Assembly: GCA_002269645.1 (NCBI GenBank)
Contig: NIVC01000211.1
Location: 310,001 to 374,000, forward strand
Length of the DNA: 64,000 nt
From: Macrostomum lignano
Taxonomy: Eukaryota
Reading direction: 5' to 3'
The notes beneath the pieces are model-generated. The model saw nothing but the letters and a program-made list of their open reading frames with translations. It was not told where the DNA came from and did not search any database. The position numbers were made by a program, and so were the translations under genes. Shown piece by piece: positions 13,766 to 23,500 of this stretch (position 1 is the first letter of the stretch; every line of letters starts with the position of its first letter).

Positions 13766-14502
13766 TCTCTGGCAATGTGGCCGGCCTTGTGGCAGTTGTA
13801 GCAGATGATGTCAGACTTCGAACGGTGCTGCGGTCTCGTTGTGCTGCTCGTCCTCACTCCACAGGCTGCCAGCTGCTGCAGCTGGGAACTCAGGGTGCTC
13901 ACCGATGCCTGCAGACTCTGCACAGTGTCCCGCAGCTCCTGAACTTCGCTGGATTGGCTCGACTGAGGTTGCACCGCTGCTGCTGGGATACTTGGCGAGC
14001 TGTGCTGCATCAGTAGCTGGGCCTTTTGAAGAGCTTGCTCTGAGGTCTTAGCGCTGGAGTCCGCGCGAATCTGCCAGCTCACGGATTCGGGAAGGCCACA
14101 GACGAACTGATGGAACAGCAGAGCCTCTTGAGCATCTTTGTTGTCCACGGAGGAGCTTTTGAGCATCTTCTTTAACTCGTAAAGATACATGCGTGGAGTC
14201 TCATTCGACAAAATCTTCCTTGATTTGAACGCCTCCATGACGGCGAAGTGCTCGCGGTTCGGGTGGAATGCATCATCCAATGTCTGGACTACTTTGTCGT
14301 AGTCTGCCTGATCTCCTGCCGACAGTTCCAAATAAACGACGAGAGCCTCGCCATCCAAAAATGTGGCCAGTCGCTCCGCTTTGCACGTGTCCCACTTGTT
14401 GACTTTTGCGCATACATTGAAACGCTGCAGCCATTCCTTAAAGTTGCCGGTACTGAAAACTCTGGGCAGCGCTGCACTGGCGGTCAAACCTTTCTCAGCC
14501 AT
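13693..14502 (-). CDS. gag: Gag with CCHC zinc knuckle, 269 aa
   Basis: CYNCHKAGHIARDC; first ORF after the PBS; overlaps pol in another frame. Confidence 0.92.
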   Translation of the reverse strand: MAEKGLTASAALPRVFSTGNFKEWLQRFNVCAKVNKWDTCKAERLATFLDGEALVVYLELSAGDQADYDKVVQTLDDAFHPNREHFAVMEAFKSRKILSNETPRMYLYELKKMLKSSSVDNKDAQEALLFHQFVCGLPESVSWQIRADSSAKTSEQALQKAQLLMQHSSPSIPAAAVQPQSSQSSEVQELRDTVQSLQASVSTLSSQLQQLAACGVRTSSTTRPQHRSKSDIICYNCHKAGHIARDCYSRRQPGNARGWGVRARNPGQQ

Positions 14503-15607
14503 TCTAGAATAATTTGCTCTGCTACCAGTTGTAGACTAAGGCAGAGAGATACAACTGAGAGTTGACGAAGCCTGTTGGCGTTTATTAGATCGATACGCAG
14601 GTTAAATACGATACAACGATTGTTACATAACTGGGTATAAAAGATAGAGACAGGGGTGGGTGAAAAGCACGTACATGCTGTACAATAGCAACCCCCACCC
14701 CGCTCTAGCGACTGGCGCATACAAGTACACTTGCAACTCACTACACTGTTGCTTACATGCTTTTTGATGAAGGTCTTGTTGCTTACATGCTTTGTGATGT
14801 AGGTCTTGTTGCTTACATGCTTTGTGATGTAGGTCCTGTTGCTTACATGCTTTGTGATGTAGGTCCTGTTGCTTACATGCTTTGTGATGTAGGTCCTGTT
14901 GCTTACATGCTTTGTGATGTAGGTCTTGTTGCTTACATGCTTTTTGATGAAGGTCTTTTTCCTTACATGCTTTGTGATGTAGGTCTTGTTGCTTACATGC
15001 TTTGTGATGTAGGTCCTGTTGCTTACATGCTTTGTGATGTAGGTCCTGTTGCTTACATGCTTTGTGATGTAGGTCTTGTTGCTTACATGCTTTGTGATGT
15101 AGGTCCTGTTGCTTACATGCTTTGTGATGTAGGTCCTGTTGCTTACATGCTTTGTGATGTAGGTCCTGTTGCTTACATGCTTTGTGATGTAGGTCCTGTT
15201 GCTTACATGCTTTGTGATGTAGGTCTTGTTGCTTACATGCTTTGTGATGTAGGTCTTGTTGCTTACATGCTTTGTGATGTAGGTCCTGTTGCTTATATGC
15301 TTTGTGATGTAGGTCTTGTTGCTTACATGCTTTGTGATGTAGGTCCTGTTGCTTACATGCTTTGTGATGTAGGTCCTGTTGCTTACATGCTTTGTGATGT
15401 AGGTCCTGTTGCTTACATGCTTTGTGATGTAGGTCTTGTTGCTTACATGCTTTGTGATGTAGGTCTTGTTGCTTACATGCTTTGTGATGTAGGTCCTGTT
15501 GCTTACATGCTTTGTGATGTAGGTCCTGTTGTTTACATGCTTTGTGATGTAGGTCCTGTTGTTTACATGCTGTCGTTTTGGATACTCTATAGCCTACCTA
15601 GCCCCGT

Positions 15608-16060
15608 AGCTTAGGTAATTTGTTTTGTGATAGACTAGTAGCTTAGGTAATTTGTTTTGTGATAGACTAGTAGCTTAGGTAATTTGTTTTGTGATAGACC
15701 AGTAGCTTAGGTAATTTGTTTTGTGATAGACCAGTAGCTTAGGTAATTTGTTGTGTGATAGACCAGTAGCTTAGGTAATTTGTTGTGTGATAGACCAGTA
15801 GCTTAGGTAATTTGTTTTGTGATAGACCAGTAGCTTAGGTAATTTGTTTTGTGATAGACCAGTAGCTTAGGTAATTTGTTTTGTGATAGACCAGTAGCTT
15901 AGGTAATTTGTTTTGTGATAGACCAGTAGCTTAGATAATTTTTGTGATAGACCAGTAGCTTAGGTAATTCGTTTTTTGATAGACCAGTAGCTTAGGTATT
16001 TGTTTTGTATTAGACCAGTAGCTTAGGTAATTTGTTTTGTGTTAGACCAGTAGCTTAGAT
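15608..16060. repeat. 32-bp minisatellite (AGCTTAGGTAATTTGTTTTGTGATAGACCAGT), about 14 copies
   Basis: Read directly. Confidence 0.95.
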
Positions 16061-16889
16061 AGTTTGTCTTTTCTTTTTCTTGCTTTCGTTAATTTTTGCT
16101 TAAAATTATAATTTATCCCAGATGTTCAGACTTGACTGGATCAAGCAGTGATTAGTTAGAAGTTTAGAAATTCCTATTTGTGTTTTACTTTGATATTTTA
16201 CGCAACTAAATTGGTTTGAACTGCTTTTAAATAGTTTTTTATAAGAGTCTAAATCAGTTACACTAGAAGAAAACACGATAGCTGGTATTTTGTGACGAAA
16301 AAGGATATAACTTTTCTATTAATCAAGACGAGTTCTATCATTATTCTATAATTTTCGGCAACTCACGAGCTGACGAGCGCGCTATTCTTGTGCCGACATG
16401 TACTGCCTCTCTCACTTGGACCATTCACCTCAGCTGATGTTTGGCAGCTTGTGCTGTGACGGAGTGACCTAGGTCTCGCATGCTGAACCAGCTGCCCCAG
16501 GGTGGTTAAAGATGCGCACCAAAAGTAAATGAGACTGGACTCTCAACCATCTACGGGCAAAGATTCAAGGGCACCTGTAGTCTAGTCATGGCCGATCTAA
16601 GGGTCTCTGTGCGATGGTATCGACTGAACAGCCCAACAGAGAAATGCTGGTTCGACCCCCTACTACCAGGACCTCTCGACCAATAGAATAATTTCTCAAC
16701 AGTACCGCTCTAACTAAAAATTCCAAAAATATTAACGGATCCTACCCCAGAAACTCGCCATGTTTTCTCAACCTATCGAATCGCAAAGGGCTGAAGCCCC
16801 ATCTGCAATAATCACGCGTCACCACACGCGATCCTCTCCAACTATGGACACTAGCTCTGGACACTCATTCTTGTGTGTCGAATGGACAC

Positions 16890-17447
16890 ACTTCCACAAG
16901 TCATGAACACCCATTTCTCAGTGTCATCGGGTACTCATCCCCAAGTCATGGACACCCATTTATGAGTGTCATTGGGTACTCATCCTCAAGTCACGGACAC
17001 CCATTTCTGAGTGTCATTGGGTACTCATCCCCAAGTCATGGACACCAATTTATTAGTGTCATTGGGTACTCATCCTCAAGTCACGGACACCCATTTCTGA
17101 GTTTCATTGGGTACTCATCCCCAAGTCATGGACACCAATTTATTAGTGTCATTGGGTACTCATCCTCAAGTCATGGACACCCATTTCTGAGTGTCATTGG
17201 GTACTCATCCCCAAGTCATGGACACCAATTTATTAGTGTCATTGGGTACTCATCCCCAAGTCATGGACACCAATTTATTAGTGACATTGGGTACTCATCC
17301 CCAAGTCATGGACACCCATTTCTGAGTGTCATTGGGTACTCATCCCCAAGTCATGGACACCCATTTCTGAGTGTCATTGGGTACTCATCCCTAAAATCAT
17401 GGACATCTACTTCTGAGTGTCTTGGGTACTCATCCCCAAGTCATGGA
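16890..17447. repeat. 45-bp minisatellite (GGGTACTCATCCCCAAGTCATGGACACCCATTTCTGAGTGTCATT), about 12 copies
   Basis: Read directly; 15-aa period in ORF 16875-17486. The last unit is interrupted by the 9.7-kb element. Confidence 0.95.
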
Positions 17448-18338
17448 ACTACTAAGGGATTCCGTATGGCGCGATTTTGGAGGTGAGGTGGGTGTCAACC
17501 CTCCTCGCCTCTCATTGGCTGGCGCCCCGATCACTAGGTGATCGATACCCGTATCGATATCGGCGCTCGGCGCGCGCGCGCCGCAGGCGCGTGGCGCCAA
17601 GCGCCGTCCAGCCGCAGGCGACCCTCCCCAGCCACCGGCGACCCTCCCCAGCCGCAGGCGCACCTACCGATATGTATGCCCACCCTACCGATATGTACCC
17701 CGATATGTACACCCTCCCGAGCCGCAGGCGCACCCTCCCGAGCCGTAGGCGCCCATGCCGCAGACGCCCATGCCGCAGACGCCCATGCCGCAGGCACCCC
17801 GAGTGTACACTCTACCGAGCCGCAGGCACCCCGAGTGTACACTCTACCGATATGTACACTCTACCACTCTCCCGATATGTAGTCAACGATATTAGGCTAG
17901 TGAAAACTACTTATAGTAGGTGAAATTGAGTATATTTACATAAAAATGTAGATAAAACATATTGGTAGGTGAATAATGACGCATATTGCATATTAAAATG
18001 TACATATTGGAGCATATGAGCAGCAAAAACACACAATGTAGGTGTATGGGCAGAAATAGACAAAGCAGGTACTGTAGGCGCTACATAGGTGGAAATACAC
18101 ACAGCAGGTTTACAAAGTGTACTTTCGATACATATCGGATTAATGTATAAAGCAGGTTTACAAGGCATGCATAAGGTGTAGTTGTATAATACAGGCACGC
18201 ATGTATAATCAGATTATAGGCAAACGCCCAGGTGCAACAGACGCGTAAATAATGTCGCACCGACTAAAGAGTAAATATTGTCTAACCCGCAGGTGCATAA
18301 ATATTAAACAAAAGCGGTTCGGGGAAATCCCAAAAGGG
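17448..18338 (+). repeat. Left TIR of the 9.7-kb element (~890 bp), with internal GC-rich subrepeats
   Basis: Reverse complement of 26260-27152. The ORF track shows mirrored identical ORFs (e.g. 17911-18198 and 26402-26689). Confidence 0.95.
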
Positions 18339-18656
18339 AGGTTTTAGCCGCCCGTTTTCGCCACCGCCGCCGCCGCCCTAACCCTCTTATAGGTACAATT
18401 GCGTTGAAAGTATTTCGAGTCATTAGGTTGTAATGACCCTCCATATTTTAGGTGGGTGGACTCGAGCCCGGGGCCAGCCCATTTCAGTTTTTTGGGCCGG
18501 CCCCTCTGCCAATTTCCTCCCTAGGAGCGAGCTATCAGAATTGGTCTTTTAACCCCCGTGTATACACACATAGAGGCCCCCAGCTAGCGCCCATTCTAAC
18601 CTACCCAGTGTACAGTGTTGGGTTCCCCAAACCGCGTACAAAGAGAAATACCCTTA

Positions 18657-19671
18657 TCAGTCAATCTCCATACGCTCCCTCAGGGCTGTCTCGTACGCGG
18701 CCTCTTCCTCCACGCTCTCGAAGCAGTAGTCGGATGACTGGCAATGTGGAAATTATAACAGTCAATGTAGATAGAATATATGCAAGGTATATGATTAGAT
18801 GAGTTGTGTATATAATGTAATATCTTACCAAATCTAAATCGTCCTCCAGCCGCCACAGACGTAGAGACGCTGTATAGCGCACCAACGAAAGGTGCTCCTC
18901 CCAGTTGGAGGGCCATGCGACGGGCTCATCCCACGCAGTTGGCCGCGCTCCCGGACCGGCCAGGTACGCCTCAGAGTCGGGGGCATACGAATTGCGCCCC
19001 ATCAACCAGTCCTGGTGCAGAGTCTCAGCCTCCAACACCTCCCGTAGGCCGGCACCCCTCGCAACCAAAGTATCAAGAACCCGATTAAAGGCTCTGACAA
19101 AGGTAGCTTGGGAGGGCAGCCCGCCAGGATGCCGAGACCTCAGCCAGTCAATGTCCCCGCGGAAAAATGAGGCCACAATGCGAGGAAAGCGCTCACGAAC
19201 CACGGCGATCTCCTCAGACATATCCTCGTCCTCGTCGTCGAAGAGAAGGAGCGTAGCGGCTGATGATATTGAGGCCCGGTGGGAGGTAGTTGAAGCAGCA
19301 GCAGAGACGGGCGTAGTAGAGGCGGCAGCAGCAGAGACGGGCGCAGCAGAGGCAGGGCCGGTTGTGGTCAGCTCCTCAACAGAGACGTCAAAGAGGGCGG
19401 CTGAGGCGGTAGTCAAATCGGAGGCAGTAGCAGCAGGGGCACCGTTCACAACCCCGCCGATAGCCAGCAGCGGGAGGTCAAAAACTTCAGACTCGGTGTC
19501 GCTATCATAGGACATAGCCCAAGCTAGATATTGATCAGCCTCCCAATTATCACTTCCGTTGTTTTCAGTGCCTAGGGGAACTATGTGTTCAGGGATATCC
19601 CCGTCGAGGCTGGTTAACTCTTCAGTCGGGCGATTATTATCCCAGAGGTTGGATAGAGCTCGGCGGGACAT
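18657..19671 (-). CDS. Acidic, Ala/Ser/Thr-rich hypothetical protein, 2 exons: complement(join(18657..18737,18829..19671)), 307 aa
   Basis: First ATG at 19671 (MSRRALSNLWD), TATA-like TATATAATTA at ~19750 (minus). AT-rich intron 18738-18828 (GTAAGA...CCAG, phase 0) leads to SSDYCFESVEEEAAYETALRERMEID*. Confidence 0.6.
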
Positions 19672-19786
19672 GCTAGAATCAACAGAGAGTAAAGTATTAG
19701 AGCTGAGATAGGGTTTGACTCTCTGGAGAGGGGGAAACACTAATTATATAGACGGATCGAGTGAGGCGGTGCGAACCAATAGGAAA

Positions 19787-20320
19787 CTAGCAGTCCCAAC
19801 CCTCGTTAAACAGATTTTCCCAGGGTGGAGATTGGTAGGGTTTGAGACCCATGAGCTGAAGAACATCCACCTCAGTCCCGGCTACCGGAGGCGTGTCTGT
19901 CTTGACTCGCTTGGCTGGAGGGGGTGCCTCAGGTGCCGGCTTGAAGAGCTTGTCCAAACGGGCGGCAAACATCCGGCGCCACAGTTCAGGCGTGAATTCG
20001 ATCGTGTAGCGCCAATTAAACTTTGGGTCCTGATTGAGCCAATTGCGCAGCAAACGGATCCTCCCTCGCGAAGCTTCAACTGCCTTGAAATTGCCCAACA
20101 GGACCCGCTTGTTCACGTGAAGGCGGGCAGCAGCCTCCAGGTCAGGGCGCGCAGCTTCGAGCTTCTTCCACTCTGGCTCGGCCAAGTAGATTGCAGGGAA
20201 GCCGTCCTTCCACACTCCGGCCTCGTTGGTGTAGAGACGCCGAATTTCAATCAAGTTGTGTTCAGTTTCAAATGTGGGCTTCCGCGCCACAAAGTTTTCG
20301 TATAGAGAGATAGAAGACAT
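19787..20320 (-). CDS. Protein with tandem PC4-like (ssDNA-binding) domains, 177 aa
   Basis: IEIRRLYTNEAGVWKDGFPAIYLAEPEWKKLEAARPDLEAA follows the PC4 pattern IDIREYW...G.KGISL.PEQW..L. A weaker second copy is RIRLLRNW...YTIEFTPELWRRM. By-eye alignment only. Confidence 0.6.
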   Translation of the reverse strand: MSSISLYENFVARKPTFETEHNLIEIRRLYTNEAGVWKDGFPAIYLAEPEWKKLEAARPDLEAAARLHVNKRVLLGNFKAVEASRGRIRLLRNWLNQDPKFNWRYTIEFTPELWRRMFAARLDKLFKPAPEAPPPAKRVKTDTPPVAGTEVDVLQLMGLKPYQSPPWENLFNEGWDC

Positions 20321-20559
20321 GATTTAGCAGCAGCAGCAGAGAGCTCTCTGACAGCCGTGCAGCGCCTTATATACCCCCGGGTGGAGGGTGGGGTGGGTGA
20401 TGATTTTGGGGTGATTTTTGATGATTTTGGTTGGTTTTTGGCGATTTATCCAATAACAGGCGAGCTGAGCAGATTTTTTAGTATATATACAGACCCCCAG
20501 AGCCAGGGTAGAGAGATAAATCCTTCTCTCTCCGCTCTCTCACGCTCTCTGTTTGCAAA
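20321..20559. promoter_or_regulatory. Likely bidirectional promoter between the PC4-like gene and pPolB
   Basis: Divergent starts at 20320 (minus) and 20560 (plus); TATA-like TTATATA at ~20367 and TATATATA at ~20483. Confidence 0.45.
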
Positions 20560-23500
20560 ATGGCTAAACGCAGCGCCGCAGCAACTGCTTTCCTGGCTGA
20601 CAAGAGGCAACGTCTTTATGGTAAGTTTTAATTAATTTCTGTCTAGACTGTAGTTGCTAGGGTGGGGTAGGGGCTGAGCAGCAGCAGCAGCTGCAGGGTC
20701 TGTGGGACCGCAGAGTAAACAACAAAGACTGCTGCGACAGCTGCAGGGGTCTAGACTGGAGTTGCTAGGGTAGGGTGCTGCGGCAGGGTCTGTAACAGAG
20801 AGTTGCAGGGGAGGGCTAGACAAGTTTCAGCCGGGTGTGTGCTGATAAGAAATTGCTGCTAGGGGGGTGTTGTCCAGACAGGCTGCAGCTGGGGTGCAAA
20901 TTGCTGCGACAGAGAGTTGCAGGGGTGAGTAAACAAAGACTGGGGTGGGGTGTTGTCTAGACAGGGAGGGGTGTGCTGATAAGAAATTGCTGCAAAAACA
21001 GACAGTTGCTAGGGTGCTGCGGCAGATAAGAAATTGCTGCAGAATCGTTGGGGCAGGCTAGACAAGTTACAGCCAGGTGGGGGCAGAGAGTTGCTGGGAC
21101 TGTGTAGCGCGGGGACAGACTGATAAGAAATTGGCAGGGGCGCTACCCAGACAGGCTGCAGCTAGGTGCAAATTGCTGCGACAGAGAGTTGCAGGGGTGA
21201 GTAAACAAAGACTGCTGCGACAGGGAGGGGTGTGCTGATAAGAAATTGCAGAGAGTTGCTGCGGGGACAGCAGAGTAAACTCTGTTAAGAAATTGCTGGG
21301 GCTAGGGCGGGGAAACACGCTGGGGCCAGGAAAATGACAGATTCTTCTGGTTTTTTATCTCCTTGTGTTTTTTCAGACGCGTTTGTCCCGCCAACACAGC
21401 CGGAATCTGTTACCGGACCGGGTGAGTTATCCAGCCCCCATTTCCCACACAGACCCTGGCTGACTCACACTCCCCCATTCCCCCATGCAGGTTTTACGGC
21501 CCGGCTGGATAATCAGCGTGACCTGCCCAAGTTTAGGGCAAAGGGTGTCGAGTATGTGGTGCATATTACCAACACCGAAGATTTGCGGGAGGTGTTTGCT
21601 GACATGCTCGAAGTTTTCAAGCAAGATTTGGCTGGTGATGACTTTATGGCCGCGAAATTCGAGAGCGACAATATGCTCAAAGCGGCCCACACTCCCCCGG
21701 TGCGTGCATCCCGCATGACGGCTGAATTGTTGTTTAAGCACATCAACAAGATTGTGCAGTCGGATGCCACTGTCCTGACGGGCAACTTTTCTATCCGGTT
21801 GCTAAAGGCCTGGGTGCCTCGAGGTGGATGTGCTCTCGAGAACAAGCATCTAGAAGAGCGGCACGCCTTCTCCAAGCACTATGTCCGCATCACCAACTCG
21901 GACAAGAGATGCCTGCTGCGCGCTCTGGTCGTGGCCTGCGCCTACCTGCAATTCGTGGCCAAGTCCATCACCAAGCGGGTGTGGCACACAATCAAGGCCA
22001 ATTCGCCCACGCAGACTAAGCTGGTGGCTGAGCTACAAATCGAAGCTGGCCTCTACACGGTAAGTTTCTAGTATTTTTCTGATAAGAATTTTTACACAGT
22101 ATCGTGGAATACTAAAAGATATATTTTCTGATAAGAATTTTTACACAGTATCATGGAATACTAAAAGATATATTTTCTGATAAGAATTTTTACACAGTAT
22201 CGTGGAATACTAAAAGATATATTTTCTGATAAGATTTTTTACACAGTATCAGGGAATACTAAAAGAAATATTTTACCCTCCACACAGACTCTTCAAACCG
22301 TCTCGCAGGCTGGTCCTTTCGGGGTGGATGCACTGCCCGAAGCGATCCGTGCCCTGAACCGGCTGCATCCAGGGCACGATTTTGGTGTACGCGTGTACCG
22401 CGCAGAGGAGGCCAACAGGTGCATCTTCAACCTGCCGGGCACCGAGATTCTGCACCTACACCTGGTCGAGCAGCACTTTAATGTGGTCACCAAGCTGCCT
22501 GCGTTTTTCGGCAGCCACCACTACTGCGACAAGTGCGAGATGGCCCACGACTGCAATAATGAGAAGCACAAGTGCGCTGATGCCTGCAGCACATGCAAGA
22601 CTCCGGGCTCCAACTGTAAGGCAAACCGCGCATATGTAAGATGCCATGATTGCGGGCTAAATTGCTATAATGCTCAGTGCCTAGAAAATCACAAGCGCAA
22701 GAATAAGGCCGGCAGATCGCGCTGTGATTCGGTCCACGTTTGCGGCACGTGTGGCTATCTAGAAGAACTAAAAGTAGGCCAGCCCCCTGAGCATCAGTGT
22801 GGTTACGCCAAGTGTCCAGTCTGCAAGCAGTACGACGAAACTGCCACCCACGAGTGCTTTGTCACCCCGCCCAAAGCCAAAGAGTCTAGCGCCCCGTATG
22901 TTTACTATGATTTCGAGACGTACGTGGACTCTGGCAAGCAGCACCGGGTACACTTGGTTACGGCTGCCACCTCCTGCGAGGCGTGTCCCAAACTCTTCCC
23001 CAGGCCCGCTGCAGCGTGTGCGGGGACTACACAGCTCAGCCAATTGCATTGCGGGACGCGATTTGGCGCTCGATTTCACGAGCTGTGTCTCGCACAATGA
23101 CTGTGCCTGTGGGATGCGAGAGTTTGTATCTGTCGGGCCGCACTCTATCGATGCCTTTTACTGCTGGCTGACTAGTGTGTTCAAGCAGGGGGCAATTGCT
23201 ATTGCGCACAATGGCTCTGCGTATGACGCATTCCTCCTGCTCGGCGCCCTACTCAACGGACTGGCCAAGAAGAAGCCGCAAGTGATCTTCCAGAACAGCC
23301 GCCTAATGTATATGAAGTGCGACAAGATCACCTTCAAGGACAGCCTCAATTTCATCCCTATTGGTCTGGCGCAATTCCCAAAGGCGCTTGGTTTGGGCAC
23401 CCAACTGACCAAAGGAGATTTCCCGCACGTGTTTAACCAGCCGGAAAATTGGGGGTACGTGGGACCCTACTGCTCAATTGATATGTATGGAGGAAAGAAA

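Larger units (their letters stand above)
10038..14745 (-). mobile_element. Ty3/Gypsy LTR retrotransposon, full length
   Basis: LTRs at 10038-10253 and 14530-14745 (216 bp, TG...CA, 2 differences seen). TSD CTGT at 10034-10037 and 14746-14749. PBS TGGTAGCAGAG at 14517-14527 (minus), complementary to the 3' end of initiator tRNA-Met. PPT GGGGAGGA next to the 3' LTR. Domain order gag-PR-RT-RH-IN. Confidence 0.97.
9949..15571. repeat. 30-bp minisatellite (GCTTACATGCTTTGTGATGTAGGTCCTGTT) split by the LTR element: 3 units at 9949-10037 and about 27 units at 14746-15571
   Basis: Read directly; the unit phase continues across the insertion. Confidence 0.95.

Noticed and set aside
14757-15614. 285-aa ORF (AYMLCDVGPV)n
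   Set aside because: It is a translation of a stop-free 30-bp minisatellite, with no coding evidence.
14746-17447. Regular arrays as CRISPR arrays
   Set aside because: The units are head-to-tail with no unique spacers, there are no cas genes, and the context is eukaryotic.
16875-17486. 203-aa Ser/His-rich repeat ORF
   Set aside because: It is a 45-bp minisatellite read-through that runs into the TIR.
17430-18198. Short ORFs in the TIRs of the 9.7-kb element and their mirror copies at 26402-27341
   Set aside because: They are GC-rich or low-complexity repeat translations in overlapping frames; the duplication reflects only the TIR.
18657-20320. Hidden integrase or tyrosine recombinase in the mini-element
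   Set aside because: No DDE spacing or R-H-x-x-R-Y motif was seen in either ORF or in alternative splices. A profile search is still needed to exclude a divergent one.
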